Positions 62,220 to 64,000 of a DNA stretch of 64,000 bases are shown here, one piece after another (position 1 is the stretch's first letter; every line of letters begins with the position of its first letter). The translations under genes were made by a program, and so were the position numbers. Below the pieces are notes generated by a model, which was given only the letters and a program-made list of their open reading frames with translations, was not told the DNA's origin and made no database searches. Source of the stretch: Oculina patagonica (Eukaryota); the NCBI RefSeq assembly GCF_052425735.1, contig NC_135759.1:16554001-16618000 (forward strand). Direction: 5' to 3'.

Positions 62220-62232
62220 GTTGCTAAGTAAC
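62220..62232. promoter_or_regulatory. RFX X-box-like palindrome upstream of HOGA1
   Basis: GTTGCTAAGTAAC, ~300 bp 5' of the ATG. Confidence 0.35.
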
Positions 62233-62536
62233 CAAGAGAAATCCTTGGGGCCCCAATGTTTCATAAGCCTGTTTTTTATATAATTTTCCAACCATCACGA
62301 TAGCCTGTTTCATGACAATAAATCTGGAACAACCTCTTTTAATTTTCAGTTATCGTCTGCTTTGGCTGTCAACGAAGATTATTCTCAGTTTTTTGAGAGC
62401 CGTAGCTCTCTTGCGACACATTTCGGCGATCATCCGTACTCAAATTTGTAAAACATACCAGAGAATACATGTACGCATTGCAGACCCTAACCTTGCGCCT
62501 ATTATACGCTGGTCAGCGCCCTACCTCATTTGCATA

Positions 62537-62834
62537 ATGGCGGCAGCTTTCGTCCTGAAAACGAATTGCAGAAATTTCTCTCGTTTAAACCTCTTGATTT
62601 CAAGAAATTTGCACTGGTGTAACAAAGAAGTCAAGTGTAACAATACACTTGCCTTGAGGACCAGTTTCCTGGGACAATTTCAGAAAATGGCAGGCTTTTC
62701 TACCACGGGTAGTTCGTCCCTCGATTTGAGTGGAATTTTTCCTCCAATCGTGACACCTTTTGAAGACAACGAAGAAGTAAGCTACGGCAAGTTAACGGAG
62801 AATTTCAGCAAGTGGAACGATATTCCATTCAGAG
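62537..62834 (+). CDS. HOGA1: 4-hydroxy-2-oxoglutarate aldolase, mitochondrial (exon 1 only; gene continues past the window)
   Basis: MAAAFVLK... presequence, then LDLSGIFPPIVTPFEDNEEVSYGKLTENFSKWNDIPFRG (DHDPS-family N-terminus as in HOGA1); donor AG|gtaagg. Confidence 0.88.
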
Positions 62835-63594
62835 GTAAGGGGGCGCTCATTCCTATGATCGAAGAGTTAAGAGTCTTTTATAACAAAATACAAAGCGTCA
62901 AGATAATTTAATTCTGTACATTTAACTTAAATTAAGTTTACTGGCTGGCTTCCCCTGGCGTTCCCCCAGGCCAACTACTGTAGGGGAATTGTAAAAAGAG
63001 TGAAGCAATATCAATGAGTTTCCCCGAGGTATAGGAATCTTTTAAGATAAATTCCCGTTAATCTTCAATAACAATTTTATGAATTCCCCTTCTCTTTATA
63101 TCCTTTGAACTTTTAACAAAGGCCTTGAATTTTTCCTTACCCAGGGGAGCCACCAGGGGGCGGGGGGGGGGGGGGGGGGGTCCCAGGGGCATCTACAGTT
63201 CATTGTATTTCCCAACATATTGATCCCATAGTCAGTCTGGGGATCAACTCCAGGGAATATTTTAGGGATCATCACCATCCCCCCTCCCCTGTGCAAAAAC
63301 TCTGGTGTCAAAGATAAGGTGATACCTCTTAGAGGGGTGATGAACTGTCTAGCAAAAGAAAAATCTATTCTTGAGCCAAAATGGACAACACTTCAGGTTC
63401 CAAGTCTTTATGGCATAAGAGTGACCAGGAGTATTGCTACTCCCCCTGCATGCGGGGGGGGGGGGCAGGGTGGTGTAGTGATTAGCGTGCTGGACTGTGG
63501 ATCATAGAACGCTGGATTCAGGATCGAGCGATCCCAGTCATGTCCAGATATATCCAGAGATGAGGGCTGACTTACAAAATAATAAAATAAAATG

Positions 63595-63830
63595 GGAATT
63601 TTGTAGTGGCATTTCCACACAGTGGCTCTTCATCCACTGTTCCCTGATCGAATTGGAATTTAGATGTGTTGGTTTTTGTGAAGGGAGTTAAACTGGAGAA
63701 CCAGGGAAAAACCTTCAAACAAAAACTCAAAACCAACAACTCACATGTAACACCAGTTCCAGGATTCAAACTTAGGCCTTATCAGTGGGACGTTCACAAG
63801 CTTTCTCACCACTGCGCCATCCATGCTCCC
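63595..63830 (-). mobile_element. SINE (family of 8560-8712)
   Basis: gaattggaatttaga.gtgttggtttttgtgaaggga..aaactggagaacc...ctcaccactgcgccatcc. Confidence 0.6.
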
Positions 63831-64000
63831 CCTAGTGATCGATCCCTGATAGGCCACTAGGCTCAAACACAGACTTAACTATTACCTAACAATAATAGTT
63901 ATTAACACTGCCAAAAAATGCCCTTGATTATTGTTCCGCTACTTTTAAAACAAACCAAAATTTGCATGTAAGGCTACCTAGGTATTGATCATGAAGACTT

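Noticed and set aside
62312-62536. 75-aa N-terminal extension of HOGA1
   Set aside because: ATG 62537 has a good context and starts a mitochondrial-type presequence; the upstream frame is probably UTR or promoter.

Overview
AT-rich, intron-containing animal DNA. The repeat families and gene content point to a cnidarian, most likely a stony coral (inference). Seven spliced protein-coding genes were reconstructed by hand from splice sites and frame continuity: (1) SEC23IP/DDHD2-type phospholipase A1 (-, 14 exons, running off the left edge); (2) a MARCH-family RING-CH E3 ligase (+) with an apparent frameshift between its two TM helices; (3) an unrecognised type II membrane protein with a TSP1 domain (-), interrupted by an N-gap; (4) NOA1 (-); (5) a FAM166/CIMIP2 ciliary protein (+) with a GC-AG intron; (6) a secreted FGF (-) followed by about 13 kb of non-coding upstream DNA; (7) the first exon of HOGA1 (+). 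The introns are dense in non-autonomous DNA transposons (Tc1/mariner-, Kolobok-, Harbinger/ISL2EU- and Academ-like) and tRNA-derived SINEs. The most notable non-obvious signals are five minimal Penelope-type hammerhead ribozyme motifs (two of them an inverted pair forming a 259-bp palindrome), an Academ-like element with a 9-bp TSD carrying a RecQ helicase fragment, a MITE retaining a THAP-domain start, and three RFX X-box palindromes. All calls were made by eye; no database searches were run.
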